A DNA stretch of 63,924 nucleotides, the filler included, from Rhabdomonas costata (lineage: Eukaryota): the NCBI GenBank assembly GCA_019059605.1. It is 20 parts of 20 records of this genome, joined end to end, with 100 filler letters (N's around TTAATTAATTAA, not from the genome) between each part and the next. Parts side by side here need not be neighbours in the genome. Positions count along the whole stretch, not along the records: positions 1 to 3,103 come from JAHMHO010001376.1; positions 3,204 to 6,307 come from JAHMHO010001377.1; positions 6,408 to 9,512 come from JAHMHO010001378.1; positions 9,613 to 12,714 come from JAHMHO010001379.1; 16 more parts are not named here. One strand, written 5' to 3'. This document shows, piece by piece, positions 1 to 11,986 of the stretch. Position numbers and translations under genes: made by a program. Each line of letters begins with the position of its first letter. The stretch's first letter is position 1. The notes under the pieces are model-generated. The model did not search any database. It worked only from the letters and a program-made list of their open reading frames with translations, and had not been told where the DNA came from.

Positions 1-211
1 GATTCAGCCAGGATTTTAACAGTTCTGCAAGGGCAGTCGAATTTCTGTGGTTTTAGCCTAAGATGAACTTTAGGGGGGACGGGAAGATGGTTCTTATGCC
101 CGTACAAGTATTCTTTTTTTTGCTGGCCTTTGGGACATCTCCGGCTGCTCGCCTTTGTGCAGAAAAGCACCTGGACGGCTTTGCCCCCAAGTTAGGAATT
201 GTGCTTCGCAG

Positions 212-2933
212 GTGAAGAAGTACCCTCCGGCTAAGAAGGTCCCGTCGATGTGGAGTCCTGTGGGCCGCTGGCTATGCTTGTCTCGAATGACCTGCGAGCC
301 TGTTCTGCACCACCTGAACGCCCTTTTCCCGGCCGGAAAGATGAATCTTATCGTGGGCGCTCCAGGTGTTGTAGGTGTGGTGGTATTACTGTTATTGTTC
401 AGTTATTCTTTGCTCGACTTTCGGACTGCCAGTGTTCAATGTGAGTGCGATAGTCTTTCAGTTTGGTGTTTCGCTTGTTAATATTGCTATGGCCGCGGTC
501 GGCTAGAGCCTCAACTGTAAAAGAATGTAACTTTGGACTTTGGAGTTACGAGCTGAATGCCTACCAGCGCACTCGAGCATTTAGAGCCGTTAGTGGTACG
601 AAGGAATAAAGCAGATACGATCAATGTACGAGCATACACTTGACACCTTTTAAACATGCGTGGCCATTTTCGTGGTTGCACTGGGTCCTGGTGCCTGAAG
701 CTGCGAAATTGGTGCGGATTAACAAACACAGGTAGCGGGAAGTCATCTCTGCTGAAAATGCTGGCGGGTAAGCTCTCCAGGGACCGGTTCTGGAAGGCGG
801 GCGGGCTATTCTACAACGGCCTTCCTGCGGAAGTCGCCCCACTGAACCCGGGCTCGTGCTTCTCGTTTGTGCCAGAAAGCGATGCACACCACACCCCAAC
901 GATGACGGTGCGGGATACACTGAAGTTTGCTTTCTGCTGCAAATCCACCTACCGGGAAAAGGACGCCAATACAGTGGACAATATTTTGGAGGTGTGCTCA
1001 TCTGCCTTGCCTTGCCTTGCCTTTCCTCCTTTTTTCCTCTTTCTCTTGTTTTCAAAGTTTCAAGGCTAGTCACATATTGCTATGGCTGTGCTATATCAGA
1101 CTCTGGCATGTGGTCACAGAATGCGAAGATTTTTATCCTCCCCTTCCCTCTCCATCCTGCCCCCGCATCCTTCAGGTCGGACGTTATCGTCATTTCTGCT
1201 TTTAACTGGAAAGCAATGGGAAGGGATGCCCAGAAGAACCAGAGTATCAAATAAGGGCAAGTATTACTTGCCACATTCAAATTATTACGCGGTATTGCGG
1301 AATATTTCCAGTAGTTTGCTTTTTTTTTATCCTCAGGTTGGGTGGGGGGGCTGAGGAGCGCTGGGGGGTTTTCGCCCCAAAACAAAAAAAAAAGCGAGAA
1401 AAATGTTCGAATGCGGTTTGGTTTTTTCAGAAAGAAGCTCACAGCAGCAATGCAGGGGATCCGTGCAGGCAAAGACGATTTGGTTTGGTTTCCGTCCGCC
1501 TCATCATTGCTCCATCTCGACTTTGTCGCGATCTGCGTTCTGAATTCGCGAATCTCTTATTGGAGTGGGGTCCCCCTTGTTGTTCTTCCATTGACCTCGC
1601 AATCGCAGATCCTCGGCCTTACCCACGTGGCCACCTCCGTGATCGGGGACGCCTCAATCCGCGGCATTAGCGGGGGCGAGCGCCGCCGGGTAACAATTGG
1701 CGAGATGTGGGTGTCCAATGTGAAGGTTCTGTCCTCTCCTCTGCCCTCTTTAGTCACTTCTAGTGTCTTCCACATTGTTTGGCAATTGCACCATACCTGC
1801 ACTTCATCCTTGCTTCTTATCCAAGGCGGATTGTATTTGGAAGTCTGCTTTATTACAATTCCACTGTGACGGAACGTGAGCTGTCAGCTGTCTCGTCGTT
1901 GAATATGCTTTGCTTGATTGCGGGTCCGTTGTGCAGCTGCTTTGTTATCCCAGGAAGTATTCCCCCAGAACGACATATCGGATTTTTTGTGTTGTATATG
2001 GGCAACAATATGGGTAGGTTTTGCTGGCCGACCACCTCACCGATGGCCTGGACAGCGCGACGACCTGTGACATCATCAAGGCGCTGAAGATCTGGTGCAC
2101 CACACTGAAGACCACGGTGGTGATGACGCTGCAGCAGCCCCCGCCAGAGGTGTACCAGCACTTCGACAACGTGTGCGTGCTGGAGGACTCTTCGATTGTG
2201 TTCACGGGAAGCCTGAAGGACGCCGCAGAGCACTTCCGGAGGGTGTGCGTTTTTTTAGGGGGGGTCTTTACGCCAGTTGTTTTTACTTTGTCTTTGTGTG
2301 AACGATTGAATCGTGATCGTAAACTGTGATGTTGTGGAGACGCGCGTGGAGAAAGATCTGCACTGTTGTGTCCCCTGCACGCCGTTGGCATGGGAAAGTA
2401 GGTCATGTGGCTGCCTGTTTTCTCCTTGGAGACGGAAGAAGGGAGAGCATCCCAAGCCCCTTCGCCCAGTGAACCCCCGCTTCCATTTGTAAAAAAGACT
2501 TCTTTTTTATACAAAAAGTACCGGTCCTACTCGCATGCACGCAATCCTTCTTTGTTCTGTCGCATTTCCTCCTGCACTCAGCTGGGCTACACCCGGCCCG
2601 AGGTGGGCGGCGGCGGGTCCTCGATCCTGTCCGTGCCTCAGCAGCTGGTCAACCTTGGCTCTGGGGTGGCGGTTCCTCAGCTCCCGACGCGGAACCCCTT
2701 CGACCGCACCGTGGTCAAACCCATGCTCCCCACAGATGACGACGAGGAGTTTGGGGGGCGGTGTGGGTGTTGCATCTGCAGCTGGGCCCCCGTGCGGAGG
2801 AGGCTGAGGCGTCCCCGGAAGTACGCGCGGGCCTGGGGGGCACAGTTCTGCCTGTGCCTGCGCAGGCACTTTGTGCTGGAGAACACCAACGTCGGGCTGC
2901 TGCTGGGTCGGGTGCTGTTCAACCTGCTCACGG
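212..2933 (+). CDS. PDR/ABCG-type ABC transporter, partial (NBD1 and start of TMD1); exons about 212-365, 732-991, 1609-1725, 2018-2242, 2582-2933
   Basis: Spliced GT-AG exons give Walker A GAPG|SGKSSLL, 'DAHHTPTMTVRDTLKFA', signature IRGISGGERRRVTIGEM, Walker B/D-loop VLLADHLTDGLDSATT, 'TLQQPPPEVYQHFDNV' and 'WGAQFCLCLRRHF'. Confidence 0.9.
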
Positions 2934-3103
2934 GTATGGCACTGCCGGGGCTGCCCGAACCCCTACCCCCTCCTGGCCCCCGGCGGTCTTTTCTGGTGGC
3001 ATTGGATTGACTAGAGCACCTTTTTTATTTGAAGTTACTTTCACCCCGTCTCTTTTTTTTTTTGCAACTATTCCCGCTCCACGCATTCTCCTTCACACAA
3101 CCC

Positions 3104-3203
3104 NNNNNNNNNNNNNNNNNNNNNNNNNNNNNNNNNNNNNNNNNNNNTTAATTAATTAANNNNNNNNNNNNNNNNNNNNNNNNNNNNNNNNNNNNNNNNN
3201 NNN
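3104..3203. other. Artificial contig-joining spacer (first of 19)
   Basis: 44 N + TTAATTAATTAA (stops in all six frames) + 44 N. Identical spacers start at 6308, 9513, 12715, 15917, 19127, 22332, 25539, 28738, 31937, 35133, 38331, 41528, 44722, 47923, 51116, 54312, 57507 and 60700. Confidence 0.99.
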
Positions 3204-3703
3204 GGGGTTTTGGGTGGTCCCGTCGGGAAATACCGAGTGAAGAACACGTTGTGAGACGTTAACCACTGGCTCGCCCGTTGGGCGGATGGCATGTATTATG
3301 CTCTTCTCCAGCGTCCGCTTGACGGAACCTGGGGGGATCTGTGGTCACTGTTTGAACGCGGCCCATCTGGGCAGGGTGCCCAGGGTGAAGTAAATCCGGC
3401 CGTGGCCACACAACGAAAGGTTGCTGTTCCGCGGGTCTCGCAGAGGGATCGGAAGCATAGCGTCACCATCAGCCCACGCACCATAGAGTTTGACGAGGCT
3501 GTTCAGGGTGAAGTCCCGGAAGAAACCAACGTCCTTGGCTGTGCTTCCATCAATGCAACAGACCTTCCAGTCTTCCTTTCAAAAGTGCCAAGTTTCAACA
3601 CAGAAGGCGTTACTTTAGATCAAAAGCAAACCGACAGAGTCTCCCGCCCACATATCACCTCTTGCTATCTCCGCAGCCCAACCGAGTAAGTTATCAACAG
3701 TAA

Positions 3704-4000
3704 ACACGCGCTCTCGGACCTGGGCGAAACACCACCTTTTCCCACCCACCCAAAGAACTCAGACAAATCGTCAACAGCACCACACGGGCTGCCTTAGAAC
3801 CCACACGCAAACTCAGGCTGTGGGTGGAGGACTGGAAGACCGCCGCAAGGTACCCCCCGTCGAACGCTTGGGATGTCGACGAGACCGGCTCCTTTCTGGG
3901 CTGCCTGGACAAAAAAATTAAGGTCGTGACAGTTCAGGGCTTCGCCCCCCTCAAAATTAAGTGGAAGAACCGCCCAAAAGACATAAACGAAGTGTTCTGA
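3704..4000 (+). mobile_element. pogo/Tc5-like DDE transposase remnant
   Basis: ATG-less open stretch reads 'STTRAAL...KLRLWVEDWKTAARYPPSNAWDVDETGSFL', matching the 'Y.P..I(W/Y)N.DETG' first catalytic Asp motif of pogo/Fot1 transposases. It is bounded by stops, and no TIRs were identified. Confidence 0.55.
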
Positions 4001-6152
4001 AGCTAAAGCTGAGGACTTTGTCGATTTGTTTGGTGGGGATTACTGCTCCACCCAGTTCGCGCTGCCTGAGCTGCGGCGCTTAAAGCAGGACCCAAACCTG
4101 CCCAACTTCCTGCGGCGGTGCATGGAAGTTGTGGCCTTGTGTGTCTCATCTCTTACCAGTCCGTCTGTAGCCCTTTGTCTTGCAGCATTTCCCACTATTG
4201 CCTGGTGCCTCCACCCCCTCCTTCCCTCTCTGCTTGAACTGCCTGCGTCTTCAAACAAGATACTGCGTGGTAAGGGCTTGGACTGGGACCGGGCGGCACT
4301 CTGTGGAGGATGTCACTTCAGCAACTAGTGTTGCCCACATCCGCTGCTCGGGCTTTTGGGACAGGTTGGGAGTAGGGGCATCCCTGGCTGGCGGCTTCCT
4401 CTTCGGCGCGCCTCTGCTCGTTTTCCTCGTGGCGTCCTGGGAGGATGAGGCCATCGTCGAGGACGCCTTTGAGAAGTGGTTTTCTAGGGTTCGGCACCAG
4501 GGGGAAAACGCCCAAGTTTGCATCCATGGGTGGAATGATTGGGGAGCAACAGCAGTTGGGGCCATGAACATGCAAGGCATCCCCTTCGTTAATACGATAG
4601 AAATGTTCAGGTCTGGTTCTGTTTTTGTTCCTTTTGGTGACATCAAGATGACCGTTTTCTAGGGAAACGCTCCAGTACAGACACAGGATGGCCATCATGC
4701 CTGTAGCAGACAGGCATGGCGCACTTTTTCGTAAACACCCTTCCCTCACCAACTGCAGAAACTGCCATGCACTGTTCATTTCTCGGCCACGGCTGTCCAT
4801 CTGGCTAAGCCGTCGTGACGAGGGCCAGACTAACAACCACCATGAGCACCACTAAAGCTGCCCGCGTTGGAATCCATACAGCCCCCTCCTCCCACCCGCC
4901 CAACTGTATATTTTCCTCAGCCTCGGGGTTTGCGTGGAGGGCACACCGCACCCATGGAAAGCCTTCTGCTTGGACATGAACCAAGGCAGCAAGCCCGTGG
5001 ACATCAGCCAGAAGCAAAGTCAGGCCGGAATGCCGACCGGCATCTACCTCAACGCCCGGTAAAACCAGGGATGATGCAAATTGGTTGCGCTTTCGTTCTC
5101 CTGTGGCAGCGAACGATCAAGCAAATGCCGACGACTGGAAGAGCCAAATCTCTGCAGACTTCAAGGCCCTCGCCTCCAAAAAGGTTAACGTGACGTTCAC
5201 GTACAACACGTACAACTTTCTCTACGGGTTCTGGCACCTCTGAAGCCAAGCTTGTGTTCACTGTTTCCACTGCCTCCGGCACAGTGCAGACCTTTGAGGT
5301 CAACACGTTCACTACCAAGGAGGTCATTACGGCCACGGGTATCCTCTACGCTGGGAAAAAGAACGACGTCCTCAAAAACAACCTCCACAAGATTCTCGTC
5401 GCCCGTTCAACCGGGATACTTGAACTAAAAAACCCTTGACTTGAGGGGTTTCTCGCTATTTATTGCTGTAATGGCGTCCAAGATTACTATCGAAAACGAG
5501 GTCACCCCGCCTCACGCTCGTGGTCGGGGCACGTGCACCGCTACCATTACCTCTGCAAGACCAAATCGGTCCTTCTAGATGACACGTGCACCGATGCTGA
5601 TCCGCTACAGCTCATAGTAAGCGTCAGGTCGGAGAGGGTTTTTGGTTCCTTCTCCCCTTTCGTTCACTTGGGCTTCGGCACTGCCCACTCAATCGCTGTG
5701 TAGCAATGTGGCAGTGAAGTGGGAGCGAGAACGCTTTCAACGCTTTTCGATTCCGAATGTCCAAACCTTTGAAGAAATGGATCACAAAACGACGTCAAAA
5801 AGACGTCACGTGGTTCTAGTTTGTCTGGTTTGTTCTCCTGAAAGGCCCCTTCGTTTCAGCAGAGTAAGGATTTTCAGCGAAGTCAGGATTCCATTTTATT
5901 TGGAAGAAAAAAGACATCGATCAGTTGGGGCTGTTTCTTGTTTGTGCATGGTGTACTTTGCCATCCTTTCAGTACCAAAACTGGCTCCTGATACTCACGG
6001 AAATTAGAATAGAGCATGCCAGGAACAAACAGGATACCAACATTGCAAACCACGAACAATGCAACAGGTCATATATATTTACATGGAACATGAAGCAAAC
6101 TCAGAAGTAGCTTGGAATGTGGCAGGAATGGACATGTTGCTATGTAGTTGTT

Positions 6153-6302
6153 GTGTTTTGTCTCCATTTTTCTCAAACAATGAAAGCCGGTCTGTGTCTG
6201 TTAGGCGTCTCTGTCATCAAACTGGCCGGTCAGGTCGATGACAGAGACGCCTAACAGACACAGACCGGCTTTCATTGTTTGAGAAAAATGGAGACAAAAC
6301 AC
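6153..6302. repeat. Perfect 66-bp inverted repeat with 18-nt spacer at contig end
   Basis: 6153-6218 (GTGTTTTGTCTCC...CTGTCATC) is the exact reverse complement of 6237-6302. Confidence 0.95.
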
Positions 6303-7025
6303 CTCAANNNNNNNNNNNNNNNNNNNNNNNNNNNNNNNNNNNNNNNNNNNNTTAATTAATTAANNNNNNNNNNNNNNNNNNNNNNNNNNNNNNNNNNNNN
6401 NNNNNNNGGGGTGGGGGGTTTAAGTGAAACATTTGCAGCATGTCAGCAGAGATTTGGAGCTATTGCGTTAACAGAAATTGTTTGCCAAGCTTAACAAATG
6501 CTCATTCGCTCAACGTCTGGCGCATGTTCCACAACAATCTGCAGACCATTGCAGAATGGCCAACACACAGCTCAGTGAAGCACGTTGGGAGCTTTCTTTG
6601 ACTCCGCGTTTTACAATCAGTTCTTTCTGAAGTTAAACACCGTGGAGACGTTGGGGACCTAAAAAATCACTTGATGAAGTACTTTGTTCTATCTTACAAT
6701 GACATTAACAAGCCTTTCTCATATAAACAGATGCCTCTGACACTGGCACATGCGCCATGCTTTGTCTTAAGTAAGACCAAGGGAAGATAACACTAATTAC
6801 CTGCACCGTTAGCAATCACAATGAAACCACTACGTGCACAAAATTAGTGGACCACAAACAAGGATTTACCGTTTCCATCACCCTTAAGCTGCTTGATAAG
6901 ATAATCGAGCAAGCAAATGCCAACACGTTTCAAGCTTGCGGAAGCTAATGCATGATGATATGCTTGCGGCGCATCAGATGTTATCAGAGCGCAGTGCACA
7001 ATATCATTAGCATCGCACAGAGCAG

Positions 7026-8100
7026 TTGGCATCCTCATCACAGGCAGACCTGCTCATGAAGTTGATGGAGAAAGACCCTCAGTTCTCTGCCTATACAGGA
7101 AACACGGATCACCTCCTGCCTTGGATCCTGAATTGCCAGATCATCAAAACTAAAGCTAAAGCTTCCGTATGCATTGACAATCCGTGCGCACTCATGATGT
7201 GGGAGAAAATGTCATCGGGCTTTTTATATGTGGCAATGAGTTTGCGTCCTGGAGATCTACTGCCAGGAACTCAAGCCCAAGTTCTCCGGCACACAAATGA
7301 GAGGCATTAGACCGCCAACTGGAGCATGAGAGTTGATTGGCCGAATTTTCATTCCACAGTGCAGACGTACAAAATGTCCATCACATCGCAGTTTCATCCT
7401 TTATTGATGCTGAACATGATTAAGGGTTTTGACAGCTATCTTTAGAGGAAAGTGATGAAACAACAAAATCCAAGCACCATCGACAAAGCAGTGGAGCGAG
7501 CGTTGGATGATTTCCGCACCACGCATCCCATCTGCCTCAACCTGAAGCTGCTACGCAGGCGGCGTATGCGCCGTTAGCGTCGCCGCCAGTGGCTCAAAGG
7601 CCGCAACCAATGCAGTTGTACACGGTGAGGAACTACCCGCACGAGTCCACACTAGTGTCCTCCAATGTGCGGCAGATGTTGCAATACAACCTGTTTGGTG
7701 AATACGGTCGAAAAAACTCTCGCAAGTAGCTGCTCTTCTCACCGAAACGTTGCTCATGTCTTCAGCCTGCATCGAGAACAAAAGCCTAGACGCAGAGATC
7801 GGCATATCTACATGAATTGAGACGAGCATATGGATAGTGTCCACTCCACATCCCACTCTCATGCCTCCTCACAGAAGTCTCGGAAATTCTCAGCTTCTTC
7901 CAGATCAATCAGAAGGCACTCAGACCAGATAGAGCGTCCCACTCTTCGACAAAAATAAAGGATCAGAGAATGTAGAGATCGCAGTGACAAGGATCTACGA
8001 TACCACATAGACAGCGACAGACGCTCGTTTCCACATTCCTCGCGTGACGTTCGCGTGAAAACCTGTTTTTTTTGCGGTGCGGAATACAATTTGGTCTTAA
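7026..8100 (+). pseudogene. Decayed retrotransposon gag-like sequence
   Basis: Interrupted frames contain 'FSAYTGNTDHLLPWI', 'KQQNPSTIDKAVERALDDF' (gag-like 'P.T...A...A'), an R/D-rich tract and a degenerate zinc-knuckle start 'KTCFFCG' at about 8058-8078. There are many stops and frameshifts and no introns. Confidence 0.4.
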
Positions 8101-10486
8101 CGTGTCACAAGAAGTGAGATAATGAAAGAAGGTAGAGATCAATATAAATGATAGTACCACACTCCGTTAGGCGTCCACATCTTCAAGGAAGTCGGAAAAC
8201 GTGAGCGGTTGTTGATTTGGGATTTACCGACCCAAAAACTGTGTGCCACGCCACACACCGTGTGTGTCAGTGTGGTAACGTGTCTCTCTTGATTGAGCTT
8301 GTTCATTGCGTAGAGTGACGCTATAGATTTTGTAAAGCTGAGTTCGTGGACGCCACAATGCATACAGATGATTGGCTTTTGGCGTGCGGAGCGCCTAATC
8401 CAACCCTGCCAGTGCACATTCAGATGGAGGAGTCGCCAAAGCAGATGTAGACTGCGGATGTCAGCAAAGTCGATCAGAAAATACAGTTCCAACGGAGCAC
8501 GTGCGTAGATGATGCGGTAGGATGCAAAGAGCATTCCATCGTGGACCAGCGACACATGAGTTTGCTAGGAGCTCAGATGTGCAGATTTGAGTACTTTGAC
8601 CACAGCTGTGAGTGCGAACCTCTGTCCGCCTAGTGCATATTTGTCGGGACTGCGTAGGATGCGGAGAGCACTCCGTAGTGGACCATAGACACATGAGATT
8701 GCTCGGAGCTTTGGAGGTTTCTTGCTGAGAGCCATCCATCGAGCGCACACAACGTTTATGTATCCGATGTCAGGATGGCAGGGGGTTGTTTGTGGATATC
8801 AATAATATACAAAGACAGTCTGAAAGTCAATTCCTCATTTGAGCCAGCATATTGCTCTCTGAAGCATTTGGAGTGATTCAGAAGATGTCATGAGGAGTTG
8901 TGTATGAGAGGAGGTATGCAAAAAGCACGATGCATGTGGAGTGCCAGGGCAGGTGATTACACGCAGAAGCCGACCAATTCAGAGAGACATGGTCTGCGGA
9001 GGACCTTGTCTCGCTTTGTTTGCAGAATGTTTGCTCCAGCCAGCTTCGCAAAATATTGCAGAGATAATCAGAGGCTGGATACAGTAGATTGTCCAGTACA
9101 CGCAGATATCATTTTATTCATAAAATTTAAAACATCTCCTGCCATGAAACCCACCGGCATTAAACCAGCCCAAGCGGCTGATGCAGTATGGCAACCAGTA
9201 CAAGCTCAGGTAAAAGCCGAGCCTACACGTGCCGCTCCATTGGTGTCTTCGGAAAAACCTAAATCATGTCATTTGTCCACACCTGCCGCTCAGGTGTCTT
9301 CGAGGTTGTCAACACTGGCCGCTACAGTGTTAGCAATCAAATGCTCAACATCGGTCGTTCCGACGTCGATGCAAGGCTTGCAGCCCCTTTTGTGTGAAAT
9401 GATAGAGGAACATTCGAAGCATACGGCGGTCTCGCTGACATAGTTCACGCCACTGTCCACGGACAAATGATCTGTGGCCTCTACCTTTTATGAGGACTTG
9501 TCCAACCAACACNNNNNNNNNNNNNNNNNNNNNNNNNNNNNNNNNNNNNNNNNNNNTTAATTAATTAANNNNNNNNNNNNNNNNNNNNNNNNNNNNNNNN
9601 NNNNNNNNNNNNGTGTGGGTGTGTTTGGGGTGGTTTGGGACGCGGCTGCTATGTTGGCGGGTGAGTGGGTGGGTGTGGGAGGGCTGGCATCGCATGCATC
9701 GAATGTGCACTGTGTTTTGGCTTGAGGAGGGATCCAAATGGTGGGGTGTAAGATTCCAGGGATGGTCTGCAGGGGTATCGTATGTCATGTACTCTCCTGG
9801 GGTTTCCCATTGAGTTGAGGTGACCTCCACCCCGAACCTGTCAGAAACCCGGCGTGCCAGCGATCGGGTTTCGTGAAATTGGTATTGAGTTTCGTTCTCT
9901 GGCTTTCGATAGAAAATCGTGTATGTATATACGTATGTGTGACCTGCATGTTTTCAGTGAGTGCCTTTCGCTTCCCTGGAGCACCTTTCTTCGTCGTCCT
10001 ATGCACTGTGCCATTGCTCCTGTACTGCTGAATGTCGGTGCCCTATTTCGTACGCTTGCTCACGGGTTAGGGAAAAAAGTTGCCAGTGGATCGAGTGGAG
10101 GTGTCTCCGCTCCTAGTGACACATGTAGAGCTTCCGGATTTGCATGCCCTTTTTGTTGTGATGAGTGGCAACTTCACACCTGGTCTCGTCCCCCCCCCCC
10201 CTTTTGGGATGAATGGATCAATGTGAACGATGCCTGCGAAGCAACGGGGCACTGGTCCTGTCAGGATTGCCTTTCGACTTCAAATTCGGGTCACGGATGG
10301 TAACCGAGGTCTTCAAACGCTCTCTTCGCTTTGGCTTCATCTTGTGGCATGGCTGAGTGTGCTTGAGACATGCACAAAATACTCAGCTTCGTCCAAAAGC
10401 AGCCCAGGAAAACAACACCCCTGCATTTTCTCATTCTCTTCCCGCGCAGGATCTTTACGTGTGGTTTCCTCATCACTGTTTGACAG

Positions 10487-11986
10487 AAGGCATGAAGCCG
10501 CGCACAGGGCAGAGCGCGGCTTCCAACGCAGGTTCGTCAAGGAAGCAAGAGGGATGGGGGACGGAAAATGGATTCGTGGGCTCAACATGGGTAACTGAGT
10601 GAGTTTGTGTGTACAGTGGTCGCGCAGAAGATGCAAACTGTGATTTTGTGGTTGTTTCAAGTTACTTTAACCTCCAATTTCAAGTTACTCCCTTCGCTCT
10701 TTGCCGGACTGCAGGAAAGACCGATGACCATGGCTCAGAAGATCTTTTGGCGCCTCTGTTCACAGACGGTATGCCGCTACTGTTTTGTTTTGCATCGATT
10801 TTTTTTGACTGGCCGTTTTTGAAACGATAGGTTTATGCTTTCTCCTTTTGCTCCTATTGCTCGACTTGCTTATGCTTCTGAGAAGTGTTACTCAGCTTTT
10901 TAGATGACGGCAACTTTTTCTCTTTTGATGGCGTCAGTCCCCATAATGCCTTCTGACATACGGTCGTATGCTCATTTGCACAGATTTGTCGATGCTGCTC
11001 TGCTATTTTGTCCCATGTGGTGGTCCACCTTCCACCTTCTTCTTTGTTCTTCCTTGCGTCGTTTTTGTCGTGGTTTTGTGCGGTCGCTCAGTCCCTCTGG
11101 AAGCAATGCCATGCTACGATCTGCAGGAGTGGCATGACGTTATGGTAATGCTGTTCTCGGACTCCCCTGAAGACCACAGCAAAGCCCTGGAGATGGTTAA
11201 CCCCCCCCCCCCCTCGGTTGACTCGTTTATTTTACTGCTGCTTTGACGGGAGACGGTTCAGAGGAATGGTGTAAGTTGAGGCTGCACTTGATCCACTCAA
11301 AGGTTGGAGTTGTGTTGCTCCTCTGGGCATGAGTTAGACATTCTCTCAACCTTCGCGAAGTCCACATTGTCGGTGCCATGCTTATTTATGATCTGACATC
11401 ATTGTTGTTACCGGGTTGGTGGCGGAAGTGCTCTTCAGTTGTGCCCTGTTACGGTCGCATCATCCCTGAACCAAGAAAAAAGAAGGCCGAAAGTGCTACC
11501 GTTCTCGTAGTCTCACTCACACAGTCATATGAGGCATGAGAGAGACAGGGCATCTTCTTCGTGATCCAGGTTGCGGCATGGAAGCTTCGCACCTCTGCCC
11601 TGAGCGTGGGAACTGAGTACATGCAGGCCATGCTCGAGATTTCGCGGATGGAGGCCAGCGGGGTCCACTGTGACGTTTTGGCCGCGCTCTACAGCATGCA
11701 CATCATTCGGTAGGCGCCTTCCCCAGTCCCCGATTGATGCCACGGTGTCACTTACCTTTGAGCCCAGTCATTTACCTTTGACACTGTGCTCTCTTGTGAG
11801 CAAGACGTCGGCTATGGTTTCCCTGAGGATGCCGTGACTCCTTCAGTTCCCATTGAATCTAATTGTGTTGTAAGATTGCTATATTTTTTCTTTTGTGCAG
11901 CCTGACGAACTGCGTGTGCGAGCATGGTTGGAACAGAATGTACCACAAGAGCGCGTCCGGTATCTCGGGGTACAGCCTGGAGGCGG
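10487..11986 (+). CDS. LAS1: Las1-like pre-rRNA ITS2 endonuclease, 5' part; exons about 10487-10590, 10715-10768, 11092-11195, 11570-11709, 11901-11986
   Basis: Phase-consistent splicing gives 'MPCYDLQEWHDVMVMLFSDSPEDHSKALEM|VAAWKLRTSALSVGTE...ALYSMHIIR|LTN...SGISGYSLEAG'. This follows the Las1 pattern 'PW....EW..V...LFS......AL..I.AW..R...LP.AVE...LYSMA.IRFVN'. The HEPN RH motif exon is not in the contig. Confidence 0.65.

Noticed and set aside
3148..3159. Regularly recurring TTAATTAATTAA every ~3.2 kb as a biological repeat or CRISPR-like array
   Set aside because: It is always embedded in 44+44 N and is a standard six-frame-stop linker.
11537..11539. In-frame TGA as possible selenocysteine in the Las1-like gene
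   Set aside because: The acceptor at 11569 (GATCCAG) gives the better Las1 alignment and leaves the TGA in the intron.
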